From positions 140,262-204,261 of the forward strand of contig JBHJGQ010000004.1 of NCBI GenBank assembly GCA_050331595.1: a stretch of 64,000 bases of DNA, read 5' to 3'. The translations under genes and the position numbers were made by a program. Under the pieces are notes generated by a model. The model searched no databases. It saw only the letters and a program-made list of their open reading frames with translations, and was not told the origin of the DNA. Below are positions 16,848-24,619 of this stretch, in pieces; position 1 is the first letter of the stretch; each line of letters opens with the position of its first letter. The stretch is from Opitutales bacterium. Lineage in GTDB: Bacteria > Verrucomicrobiota > Verrucomicrobiia > Opitutales > JBHJGM01.

Positions 16848-18227
16848 TCAGCGCTCCCAGGCGTGCGTTGGATCGCCCACTGAACGGATCGCGGCCACCA
16901 GGCGGGGGCGATCTGGAATAATGGAGGCGAACTGTTCCCTGCCTTGAATGCAAATGCTGGGAATGGCCGTGACGTTGAGCTTCTTCATGTAGCCCAGGCC
17001 GGCGCGTTCCTTGATCTTGTGTTCGCGCACCTGCACGTGGTCGCCCGCTTCGCTCGCGGCTTGCTGAGCAGCCTGGAGCATGTACTGGCACGGTGCGCAG
17101 GAACCCGAATCCAGCGTAACCACGTCGACAATCACGCGGCCGCTGCGGTCGTAATCGGGCAAATCGATGTCCTCGAAGGGATCCTCGGGGGCTGCCTCGG
17201 CGGCGGTGCGGGCCACGTCGCGCTGGTAGGGATTGTGCACGAGTGCGGCCACCGCGCGCAGGTTGGCCTCGGGTGTGGCGTAGGGCAGGTCGCAACCGGG
17301 CGCGAGGATGAAGCCTGTGGCCCCACCTTCGTCGTAGCAGCGAAGGGCATCTCTCTGCGACTCGAGTTCGTTGCCCAGAAGCAGCGCGGTGGTCAGGCGC
17401 AGGTTGCCGCCAAAGGATTTTCCGGCTTTGGTGGCAATCGCCCGCAGGGCCGCCAGGCTGACGTTCTCGTCGACACTGAGGTTGTCACAGCGTGTCTGGC
17501 ACATGGCGGGAAGATTGCGGGTGGCGTCGCCGCAGACGAAGAGTGAAGCCAGCCCACCGCCCGCGTGAACGGCGTCGAAGACGTCGTTGAGGGGACTGCT
17601 GACGAAGCGCTCGAAGTGCTCGGGCGAGATCTGGCTGACCATCGGATCGACCACTGCCACAACGTCGGCGCCCGCCTCCAGGTAGGCTTGCGCGGTGACC
17701 TGGCCAACTTGAGCGCAGTGACGCAGCAGCACGTCGACGTCGTCTTCGGCGTCGTACATATCCAGGAAGATGTCGTCTCCGCGCAGGTGAAGGCCCAAGG
17801 TGAAGGGACCGGTGATGAGGCCGTAGAGAGCGACCGTCTCGCCGATCTCGGCCTTGAGTTGGCGCAGCGCTTCCAGGACGACCGGCAGGCGGCCTCCGTT
17901 TGGGTCGAACCCGGGCAGTACCGAGAGGTCCATCGAATCGAGCAAGGGATGGCTGCAGACCGCTGGTGGCGAGTCGTCGCTCCAGCGCAGCTTGCAGCCA
18001 AGAATCTCGGCCTCGATCTGAAGGTCGAAGGCCACGGGCAGGGCGTCGGGCTGGTAGGCCTCGTGGGCGTGCTTGAGGCCCGCGTACAGTTTTTGCGAGT
18101 CGCGCAGGTAATCGGAGGCGGTGGCACCGATCAGGCTGCCGCCATGGACGCCCACAAAGGGCAGCCACGGCACTCGCGGTACAGCCTGGCCGCGCAGGGC
18201 CGAAAGGAGGATTTCTTTGCCATTCAT
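16848..18227 (-). CDS. URO-D/MtaA-type methyltransferase-like protein 3 fused to a C-terminal thioredoxin-fold CxxC domain
   Basis: ATG 18227 gives 'MNGKEILLSALRGQAVPRVPWLPFVGVHGG', then 'GFILAPGCDLPYATP' (URO-D family C-terminus). About 95 extra residues follow: 'VIVDVVTLDSGSCAPCQYML...VTAIPSICIQGREQFASIIP', which resembles small redox-active disulfide proteins. ATGA overlap with the corrinoid protein gene. Confidence 0.75.
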   Translation of the reverse strand: MNGKEILLSALRGQAVPRVPWLPFVGVHGGSLIGATASDYLRDSQKLYAGLKHAHEAYQPDALPVAFDLQIEAEILGCKLRWSDDSPPAVCSHPLLDSMDLSVLPGFDPNGGRLPVVLEALRQLKAEIGETVALYGLITGPFTLGLHLRGDDIFLDMYDAEDDVDVLLRHCAQVGQVTAQAYLEAGADVVAVVDPMVSQISPEHFERFVSSPLNDVFDAVHAGGGLASLFVCGDATRNLPAMCQTRCDNLSVDENVSLAALRAIATKAGKSFGGNLRLTTALLLGNELESQRDALRCYDEGGATGFILAPGCDLPYATPEANLRAVAALVHNPYQRDVARTAAEAAPEDPFEDIDLPDYDRSGRVIVDVVTLDSGSCAPCQYMLQAAQQAASEAGDHVQVREHKIKERAGLGYMKKLNVTAIPSICIQGREQFASIIPDRPRLVAAIRSVGDPTHAWER

Positions 18228-18904
18228 ACGATTGTGTAGCCTTGCGAAAGGTCGCGGTTGCTTCGTTGCGCCGTTGAGGCCTCGCCCATGAGTTCGCGTA
18301 CGAGGTCCACCGCGCTGGCGGCATCGGTGGAAAACCCGTCGGCCTGAATCTCGTCGGCAAACTCCTGGGTTACGGGTGCGCCTCCCACAACGATACGGAT
18401 TTGCGGCAGATTTGCCTCCCGGATGCGCGCAACTGTCTCCTTCATCTTCGGCATCGTGGTCGTCAGCAGGGAGGAAAGGCCGATGATGTGGGCGTCGTTT
18501 GCCCTGGCGGCCTCGACAAACTGATCGGCGGTGACGTTGGTGCCCAGGTCGATGACCCGAAAGTTTGCACCCTTCCACATCATCGCCACGAGGTTCTTGC
18601 CGATGTCGTGCAGGTCGCCTTCGACGGTGCCAATAACCGCTGTGTACTTGGGGGCGAGGCCGGCGCCCGCCAGAGCGGGCTCGAGCAGCTGCATCGCCTG
18701 CTTCATCGCGCGGGCAGCCACCAGCACCTCAGGGATATAGATTTCGTTGGCCTTGAAGCGTCGGCCCACGTCATCCATCCCGCGCACCATTGCGGCGAGA
18801 ATGTCGCCCGGGTTGGCCTGTGCCTCCAGGGCCTGGCTGGTTTGGGCGACGGCGTCCTTGCGCTTGCCGGCTTTGATGGCTTCCTCGAGAGCATCCAAAT
18901 TCAT
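18224..18904 (-). CDS. Corrinoid (cobalamin)-binding protein, MtaC/MtbC-like
   Basis: Helical cap 'ILAAMVRGMDDVGRRFKANEIYIPEVLVAARAM'. B12-binding motif 'GTVEGDLHDIGKNLV' (DxHxxG), plus 'GLSSLLTTTM' and 'VVGGAPVT'. Confidence 0.88.
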   Translation of the reverse strand: MNLDALEEAIKAGKRKDAVAQTSQALEAQANPGDILAAMVRGMDDVGRRFKANEIYIPEVLVAARAMKQAMQLLEPALAGAGLAPKYTAVIGTVEGDLHDIGKNLVAMMWKGANFRVIDLGTNVTADQFVEAARANDAHIIGLSSLLTTTMPKMKETVARIREANLPQIRIVVGGAPVTQEFADEIQADGFSTDAASAVDLVRELMGEASTAQRSNRDLSQGYTIV

Positions 18905-18949
18905 GACGATAAGTATTTGCTAGTTATTGACCTGTTATTTGAAAGAAGG

Positions 18950-20065
18950 CTACTGGTCATTGCACCAGACTTCGCGGGACTTGGCGATGTAGAACCGGTA
19001 GTTTTGCAGGCTCACGTCCGGAGGGACGCGGTGGTCACAATGGGCCACAAAGCCACCTTCGCTGACCAGCGGGGCCAAGCGGTGTATCTCGGCCTCGATG
19101 GCCGTCGGCCCCTGCGCGAGGATACGCTTGTCGAACCCGCCACGCAGGAGCAACCCCTTGCCGAAGTGCTTGCGCAGGGTGACAGGATCGGCCTTCCAGG
19201 TGCCCACTTCAATGGGGAACATGCAGTTGACACCGGCTTCCAGCCAAAGCGGCAGCAGGGCATCGATGCAACCGTCGCAGTCGACCCAAATCACGTCGAT
19301 GCCGTGGCGCCGGGCCAGCTCGGTGATGCGCCGGTAGCGTGGCACCAGATACTTTTGGAAATGCTCGGGTGAGAGCAGGGGGCCGGCGTTGAAGCACATA
19401 TCCTCCCACATGGCCAGAGCATCGAACTGTCCGCCCCGGGCAAAGGCCCGCTCGAGCGTGCCTTCGATGCACTCGCAGAGCGTCTCGACCATCTCCTCAA
19501 AAAGCGCGGGGTCGTCGTAGACCAGGTAGGCAATCGCTTCCAGGCCCATCCAGTCGCGCAGCCAGCCAAAGAGGCTGCCCCCGTGGACTTCGACAATGGC
19601 ATTGCGGTTGGGGTCGCGCCAGAGCGCACACCGCTCCGAATCGGGGGCCGGCAGGCGGTCGGGGTGGTCGGGATTGAGTCTGGGCTTGTAGTGAGTTTCC
19701 CAGGACTCGCGGTCAACCAGCAGGTGCCCCAGGTGATGGGGGATGGAGCCCATGAACTTGCCGCGGCGGACCAGGACGCCATCGTGTTGGCGCACGACCT
19801 CGTTCTCGCCCTCGTCTCGAATCAATTCGGGCTCAAAGCCCGGGCACAGTCCGACGTGCACGCCGGCATCGCGCAGATCGTCCATGCCGAAATAACGCGC
19901 GCCCGCGCCGTGCGAATTGACTTCAGCGGGCAGGCCATCTCGCTGCCACAGGACCAGCGTCTCGTCCCAGAAGCCGAAGTCCAGCAACGTGGGTCGGTCA
20001 CGTGCCTCGAAACGCATCGTGGCCAGAAACCGCGCGCGGTCGGTCATGGGGTTGGAGTCGGTCAT
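18950..20065 (-). CDS. URO-D/MtaA-type methyltransferase-like protein 4
   Basis: 'MTDRARFLATMRFEARDRPTLLDFGFW' (family-typical N-terminus), 'GIDVIWVDCDGCIDALLP' and 'GGFVAHCDHRVPPDVS'. The start is ambiguous (ATG at 20047, 20065 or 20089) because an 18-bp duplication repeats the start codon. Confidence 0.76.
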   Translation of the reverse strand: MTDSNPMTDRARFLATMRFEARDRPTLLDFGFWDETLVLWQRDGLPAEVNSHGAGARYFGMDDLRDAGVHVGLCPGFEPELIRDEGENEVVRQHDGVLVRRGKFMGSIPHHLGHLLVDRESWETHYKPRLNPDHPDRLPAPDSERCALWRDPNRNAIVEVHGGSLFGWLRDWMGLEAIAYLVYDDPALFEEMVETLCECIEGTLERAFARGGQFDALAMWEDMCFNAGPLLSPEHFQKYLVPRYRRITELARRHGIDVIWVDCDGCIDALLPLWLEAGVNCMFPIEVGTWKADPVTLRKHFGKGLLLRGGFDKRILAQGPTAIEAEIHRLAPLVSEGGFVAHCDHRVPPDVSLQNYRFYIAKSREVWCNDQ

Positions 20066-20078
20066 GGGGTTGGAGTCA
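20043..20078 (-). repeat. 18-bp direct tandem duplication spanning the start region of URO-D-like gene 4
   Basis: gtcatggggttggagtcg / gtcatggggttggagtca, 17 of 18 identical. It encodes MTDSNP-MTDSNP-MTD on the minus strand. Confidence 0.85.
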
Positions 20079-20354
20079 CCGCTGATCATGAATGAAAGCT
20101 TACCATAAAGACTCCTTATCGTGGAATCGCTTTTCGCGCTGAAAACTTGTACTATTCTGCTGCCGCGCAGCCACGTGAGCAAGGTGCCGCTCAGTGGCTT
20201 TTGCGGGCGTTGTGCCGGGAGCTTGTCCAAGGGAAGCGCGCCGCAGAGGCCCGCGTAGCTTCATGTTTGCTGCGGATTACCCGGGCCTCCCGATCCGGCT
20301 GCCGGGCCGCTCGAATGTCCAGGGCAGGCCTTCGGCGGAGTGCTGGCAAACCGC

Positions 20355-21968
20355 CTAGGCGTCCGGGTAGTAGTCCGCGCGCAGCGCCCAGTTGCAGTCG
20401 ACGCCGTGGAAGTTCAGTCCGGGCAACCAGGCCTGGTGGGTCGCCGGCGTGCCGTTTTGGAAGTTGCCGTCGCACTCGGCCAGAAGCGTCGTGCTGAGCC
20501 GGCCGACAATCTCGCGCTCGTCGGCGGCACGGTCTTTGGTTTCGGCGTAGTCGTCGGGCAGGTGATAGAGCTGGTAGCGATTGCCGCCGGGCAGGGCGAG
20601 AAAGCGCAGCTTCCAGCCCTCGCGGGTGGTCAAGGCGGGTCCGGGTCCGGAGGCATAAACGACGTGGTCGTGTTCGGTCTGGGCGTCGGAGCGCCCGAGC
20701 AACTCGGGCAGGAAGCTGATGCCGTCGGCGGTGCCGCAGGGGACGTGGAGCAGGTCGGCCACCGTCGCCAGGAAGTCGTAGTTGGCCATGAGCAGGTTGG
20801 ACTGCCGCCCTGCGCTGATCGACTCGGGCCAACGCACCAGAAAGGGTAAACGCACCCCGCCTTCCCAGCTGTCGCGCTTGCGTCCGGCCATGCCGTCATT
20901 GCCGTTGAAGACGTCGCCGCTGGTCTCGGAGGTGAAGCGCGTGACCACATTGTCGTAGCGCTCGCCGGTTTGGACATTGCAGGCCGGGTGGGTCCGCCCT
21001 TCCTGATGGTAGTAGACCTCGTGACCGTTGTCGGCGCAGAAGATGACCATCGTGTTGTCGGCGATGCCGAGGCGTTCGAGCTCGTCGAGCACGAGGCCCA
21101 CGGTGTGGTCGAGCCGCAGCACCATCGAGGCGTATTCCTTCTCGTAATCAGTCAGGCCATCCACGTCGCGAACGGCCGGATCGATCTCGGGAATACGGAT
21201 CGGCCCGTGGGGCAACTGGCTGGGGTGAAAGAGGAAGAAGGGCCGGTTTTGGTGCAGGCGCAGGAACTCCAGCAGCTTGGCGTCGAAAAGGTCCTGGGAG
21301 TACGTGGCACAACCCGAAAAATCCCAGCGCTTTTCGGCGTTTTCCGGGGTGTCGCCATCGGGAACGACGCCGAAGTTCCAGCGGGTGTTGCCGTGAATGT
21401 CGAGACGCTGGCCGTTTTCAAAGAGGTAGGGCGGGTAAAAGCCGTGGCACTGCTCGTGGTCGTAGTAGCCGTAGTGGTAGTCCCAGCCGTGGCTGCGAAT
21501 GTCGGCGTCGGAGGTGGCAAAGCCCCATTCGAGTTTGCCGATTTGGCCGGTCACGTAACCGGCGGCACGCGCCACGTCGGCCAGGAAGACGGTGCCGGGT
21601 CCGGGCTGAAGGCTGACGGTGAAGAGGCGCTCTTCCAACGCGCGCTGGCTGACTTTGCCGCTGGTGTAGGCGTGGTAACTGCCGCCCGGCGTGAAGCTCC
21701 AGCCGCCGCGATGGCAATCGTGCGCGCCGGTCAGCAGGCTCGCTCGCGAGGGCGCGCAAAAGGCGCATCCGTAGGCACGTTCAAAGCGCAGGCCTTCACC
21801 GGCCAGGCGGTCGATGTTGGGCGTACGAAACCACTTTTGCCCGTAACAGCTGAGCATGCCGCGCCCCAGATCATCGGCGTAGATGTAAACGATGTTGGGG
21901 GGCTTTCCATCGAAGACAGGGGCAGCGCACATGGACCCGAGGTAGTGTTGTGAGGGTGGGGTCGGCAA
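20355..21968 (-). CDS. Sulfatase family protein (sulfatase B), no signal peptide
   Basis: 'PPNIVYIYADDLGRGMLSCYG' and 'GCAFCAPSRASLLTG' (C-x-P-x-R), plus 'VIFCADNGHE'. The N-terminus 'MPTPPSQHYLGSMCAAPVFDG' has no hydrophobic signal. Confidence 0.87.
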   Translation of the reverse strand: MPTPPSQHYLGSMCAAPVFDGKPPNIVYIYADDLGRGMLSCYGQKWFRTPNIDRLAGEGLRFERAYGCAFCAPSRASLLTGAHDCHRGGWSFTPGGSYHAYTSGKVSQRALEERLFTVSLQPGPGTVFLADVARAAGYVTGQIGKLEWGFATSDADIRSHGWDYHYGYYDHEQCHGFYPPYLFENGQRLDIHGNTRWNFGVVPDGDTPENAEKRWDFSGCATYSQDLFDAKLLEFLRLHQNRPFFLFHPSQLPHGPIRIPEIDPAVRDVDGLTDYEKEYASMVLRLDHTVGLVLDELERLGIADNTMVIFCADNGHEVYYHQEGRTHPACNVQTGERYDNVVTRFTSETSGDVFNGNDGMAGRKRDSWEGGVRLPFLVRWPESISAGRQSNLLMANYDFLATVADLLHVPCGTADGISFLPELLGRSDAQTEHDHVVYASGPGPALTTREGWKLRFLALPGGNRYQLYHLPDDYAETKDRAADEREIVGRLSTTLLAECDGNFQNGTPATHQAWLPGLNFHGVDCNWALRADYYPDA

Positions 21969-22055
21969 CCTTATTCCCCACTGTCCAGAACGGGGATCGG
22001 CAAAATCGTTCGCTGCGGTTTGATTTGGCAGGCGAATCGATCACCGGTGCACACT

Positions 22056-22406
22056 ATGGACATCCAAACAGCTATCGAAGACCTCAATGCCCTCGTGCTT
22101 TCTGGCAAAGCGCTCGAGGCGTTCGAGAAGTACTATGACGAGTCGATCGTCATGGTGGAGAAAAACGACGTACTGGCCGAAGGCAAAGACGCCAACCGTA
22201 AGCGCGAAGAGGAATTCTTCGCAAACATCACCGAGTTTCGCGGCGCTGAAGTGAAGGCCGTCGCGGTGGGTGAGAACGTGAGCATGGTCGAGTGGCACTT
22301 CGATTACGTGCACAAGGAATGGGGTCACATGAAGTACGACCAGGTGGCCGTGGCCAAGTGGAAGGACGGCAAGATCGTCCACGAGCGCTTTTACGCGCTT
22401 TACTAG
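22056..22406 (+). CDS. SnoaL-like / NTF2-fold small protein
   Basis: 117 aa from ATG 22056. 'YYDESIVMVEKNDVLAEGKDANRKREEEFF...VSMVEWHFDY...KWKDGKIVHERFY' fits a cone-shaped alpha+beta NTF2-like pattern. The call rests on fold only. Confidence 0.55.
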   Translation: MDIQTAIEDLNALVLSGKALEAFEKYYDESIVMVEKNDVLAEGKDANRKREEEFFANITEFRGAEVKAVAVGENVSMVEWHFDYVHKEWGHMKYDQVAVAKWKDGKIVHERFYALY

Positions 22407-22447
22407 ACCTCGCCTGGCCGACCCCGTGACGCGGGCGCCGGTTCAAT

Positions 22448-23917
22448 TCAAAACGCCCGCGGGATGGGCTTGAGGGAGGCACCGTTTGGATAGCGCTCGA
22501 ACAGTTGGGCCTTGAGCGATTCAAGCATCTCCGCGTATGCAGGATCGGAAGCCACGTTGCGGTTCTCCCGTGGGTCGTTGCGGTGGTCGAAAAGCTCCCA
22601 CTGGCCGCGCCCGGAGATCATCGAAGGGTTTGGGCCCTCTTCCGCTCTGGGGTACCACGTCACTCGGAACGCGTCGGTGAGGAGGGTGTAACCGTTCCAG
22701 CCACTGGCTGAGGCCGGCTTGGCCGTCTTCGCCTCCGTAGCGGCGGCTCCAAAGGGGAGGGGTTGGCCTTCGAGGTGGACGGGCGGCGTAGTCTGCGAAA
22801 GCGCGCACAGAGTCGGGTAGATGTCGGTTATCTCGACGAGGGCGCGGCAGACTTCGCCAGTGGTCCGGCCCGGCACGGAAAGCAACAGAGGTACGCGCGT
22901 CGACTCGTCAAAATGGGTGACCTTGGACCACAGCTTGTGCTCGCCCAGGTGCCATCCGTTGTCGCCCCAGAAGAGCACAACCGTGTTGTCGGCGAGTCTG
23001 AGACGGTCGAGCGTTTGCATCAGGCGGCCGACCTGAGCGTCCATGAAGCTGACCGAAGCCCAGTAGGCGTGAATGCACTCGCGCTGTTTGGCCTCGCTTA
23101 GGACCGGGAAGTCGTCATCTGCGTACCGGCCGATGTCGGAGAACAGCTTTGTGGCCTCGCGGTCGCCGTAGTGCATGAAGTCGCAGAGGTCGGACTTGCC
23201 GATGGCGTTCTCGGGAAAAAAGGGGTTGTCGGCAAGCTCGATGGAGTCGCGGTCGTAGAGGTCCCAGGCCCACTTCGGGGCGACCCAGGGCAAGTGCGGA
23301 CGCACGAATCCCACGGCGAGAAAGAGTGGGATCGCGTCGTCGTGATGGCGCTCGATCACGTCGACGGCACGGGTGGCGATCTTGTGATCGATGTAGGTTT
23401 CGTCAGGAGCCTCGGCGCACTCGCTCAGGGGTGGCAGGGGCTCCCAGATGTTGCGAAACTCGGGAAACGGGATGGCCTGCTTGTGGAGGGCCTTTGCCTG
23501 ATTCTCCGGAAGCTTGTAGTCGTGCGGCTCGTTCTCGAACTGGCCGGGAGCCTTTTCGCGAAAGCTCTCGCGGTGGAGTTCGTCCCAGGAATGCTGGTCA
23601 TCGAGGGGCTCGTGGTAGACCTTGCCAACGGAGACGGTCTTGTAGCCCGAGGCCTTGAAGTGCGCGGGCATGGTTGGCTGGTCGCTGGCCAACAATTGCT
23701 CGGACTTGTTGCAGAACTGCTGAGGGCGAACACCGCTGAGCATGCTCGCGCGCGAAGGCATGCATTGCGGAAACTGACAGTAGGCGCGCTCGTAACGAGT
23801 TGAGCGGGCCGCCAGCGCGTCAATGGCGGGGGTGTAGAGCTTGTGCCGGCCGAAGCAATTAAGCTCGGGCCGCAGGTCGTCGACGAAGATGGCGAGGATG
23901 TTGGGCTTCGACGACAT
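22448..23917 (-). CDS. Sulfatase family protein (sulfatase C), no signal peptide
   Basis: 'MSSKPNILAIFVDDLRPELNCFG', 'CQFPQCMPSRASMLSG' (C-x-P-x-R) and 'VVLFWGDNGWHLGEH'. Confidence 0.87.
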   Translation of the reverse strand: MSSKPNILAIFVDDLRPELNCFGRHKLYTPAIDALAARSTRYERAYCQFPQCMPSRASMLSGVRPQQFCNKSEQLLASDQPTMPAHFKASGYKTVSVGKVYHEPLDDQHSWDELHRESFREKAPGQFENEPHDYKLPENQAKALHKQAIPFPEFRNIWEPLPPLSECAEAPDETYIDHKIATRAVDVIERHHDDAIPLFLAVGFVRPHLPWVAPKWAWDLYDRDSIELADNPFFPENAIGKSDLCDFMHYGDREATKLFSDIGRYADDDFPVLSEAKQRECIHAYWASVSFMDAQVGRLMQTLDRLRLADNTVVLFWGDNGWHLGEHKLWSKVTHFDESTRVPLLLSVPGRTTGEVCRALVEITDIYPTLCALSQTTPPVHLEGQPLPFGAAATEAKTAKPASASGWNGYTLLTDAFRVTWYPRAEEGPNPSMISGRGQWELFDHRNDPRENRNVASDPAYAEMLESLKAQLFERYPNGASLKPIPRAF

Positions 23918-23935
23918 GGGGGAATGGGCCGTTGG

Positions 23936-24619
23936 TCAGGCGGTCGGAGTGGGCGCAGGCGGATCGTCCTCGACCGCGACGGGCTCGCCACGCTTCCAGG
24001 CGGCACGTTTGTTGCGCCAGTCCTCGGACTCTTCGAGGGCGTTGACTTCGGCGTCGATGCTTTCGTCAGATTCCGGGTCGATCGCGATCTTGCGCCCGAC
24101 CATCAGCAGGGAGTTGATCGAGAGCATGCACAAAATCCCGCCGACGGAAACGTAGCCCACGCCGAAGGCCCAGGTGCGCTGGCTCGCCAGTTCGAAGGCG
24201 ACTTCGTCTTCGGGATAATGGACAACCGTCAAGGCGTCGTTGACGCTGACGTAGGGCTTTTTGGCGCTGTCGACGCCCAGACGCATGATGTGCTCGGTGC
24301 CGTCTTCATTTTGCACGGCAACAAAGTGCTGAAAGGTGACAGTGTAGGCCTGCTCCTTGATTTCCTTCTTGTAGCGGATGACTTCGTCGTCCTTGCCCGG
24401 TTCGGAGCGCACGATGCGTACCACGCGCGCCTCCGAAGTTTCCCCGCCGACCCAACGCGCCAGCGGCGCCCACATGATCCACGCACCGACCGCCGTGAGC
24501 CCCAGAGCGAAGAGGACAAAGAGCACCTTCTGAGGAAAGGAGCCGGGGATATGATAATCGGGTTCGCCGGGTTCCTTGCCGTAGACCCGGCCATCGAAGT
24601 TCGGGTAATTCTTGCTCAT
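23936..24619 (-). CDS. Two-TM membrane protein, DUF3592-like architecture
   Basis: TM1 'VLFVLFALGLTAVGAWIMWAPL', a beta-rich middle region ('EARVVRIVRS...YTVTFQHFVAV') and TM2 'WAFGVGYVSVGGILCMLSINSLLMV'. ATGA overlap with the upstream MFS gene. Confidence 0.5.
   Translation of the reverse strand: MSKNYPNFDGRVYGKEPGEPDYHIPGSFPQKVLFVLFALGLTAVGAWIMWAPLARWVGGETSEARVVRIVRSEPGKDDEVIRYKKEIKEQAYTVTFQHFVAVQNEDGTEHIMRLGVDSAKKPYVSVNDALTVVHYPEDEVAFELASQRTWAFGVGYVSVGGILCMLSINSLLMVGRKIAIDPESDESIDAEVNALEESEDWRNKRAAWKRGEPVAVEDDPPAPTPTA

Noticed and set aside
13885-18578. Long N-terminal extensions of the track ORFs 13885-15111, 14672-15988, 15697-17295 and 16848-18578.
   Set aside because: The extensions are Arg/Pro/Ser-rich and overlap the 3' end of the preceding well-supported gene. 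Internal starts (14679, 15700, 16842, 18227) give family-typical N-termini and tidy 4-8-nt overlaps. The same logic was applied at 1285, 5398, 8905, 40919-42064, 41838-43463, 59755-60780 and 30436-34008.
11179-20065. The four URO-D family genes as genuine hemE (uroporphyrinogen decarboxylase) paralogues extending the hemC/hemD heme cluster.
   Set aside because: They are clustered with a DxHxxG corrinoid protein and a RACE-type activase. One has the HxC zinc motif of MtaA-type methyltransferases. Four heme decarboxylase copies in one operon would make no sense. A phylogeny is still needed for confirmation.
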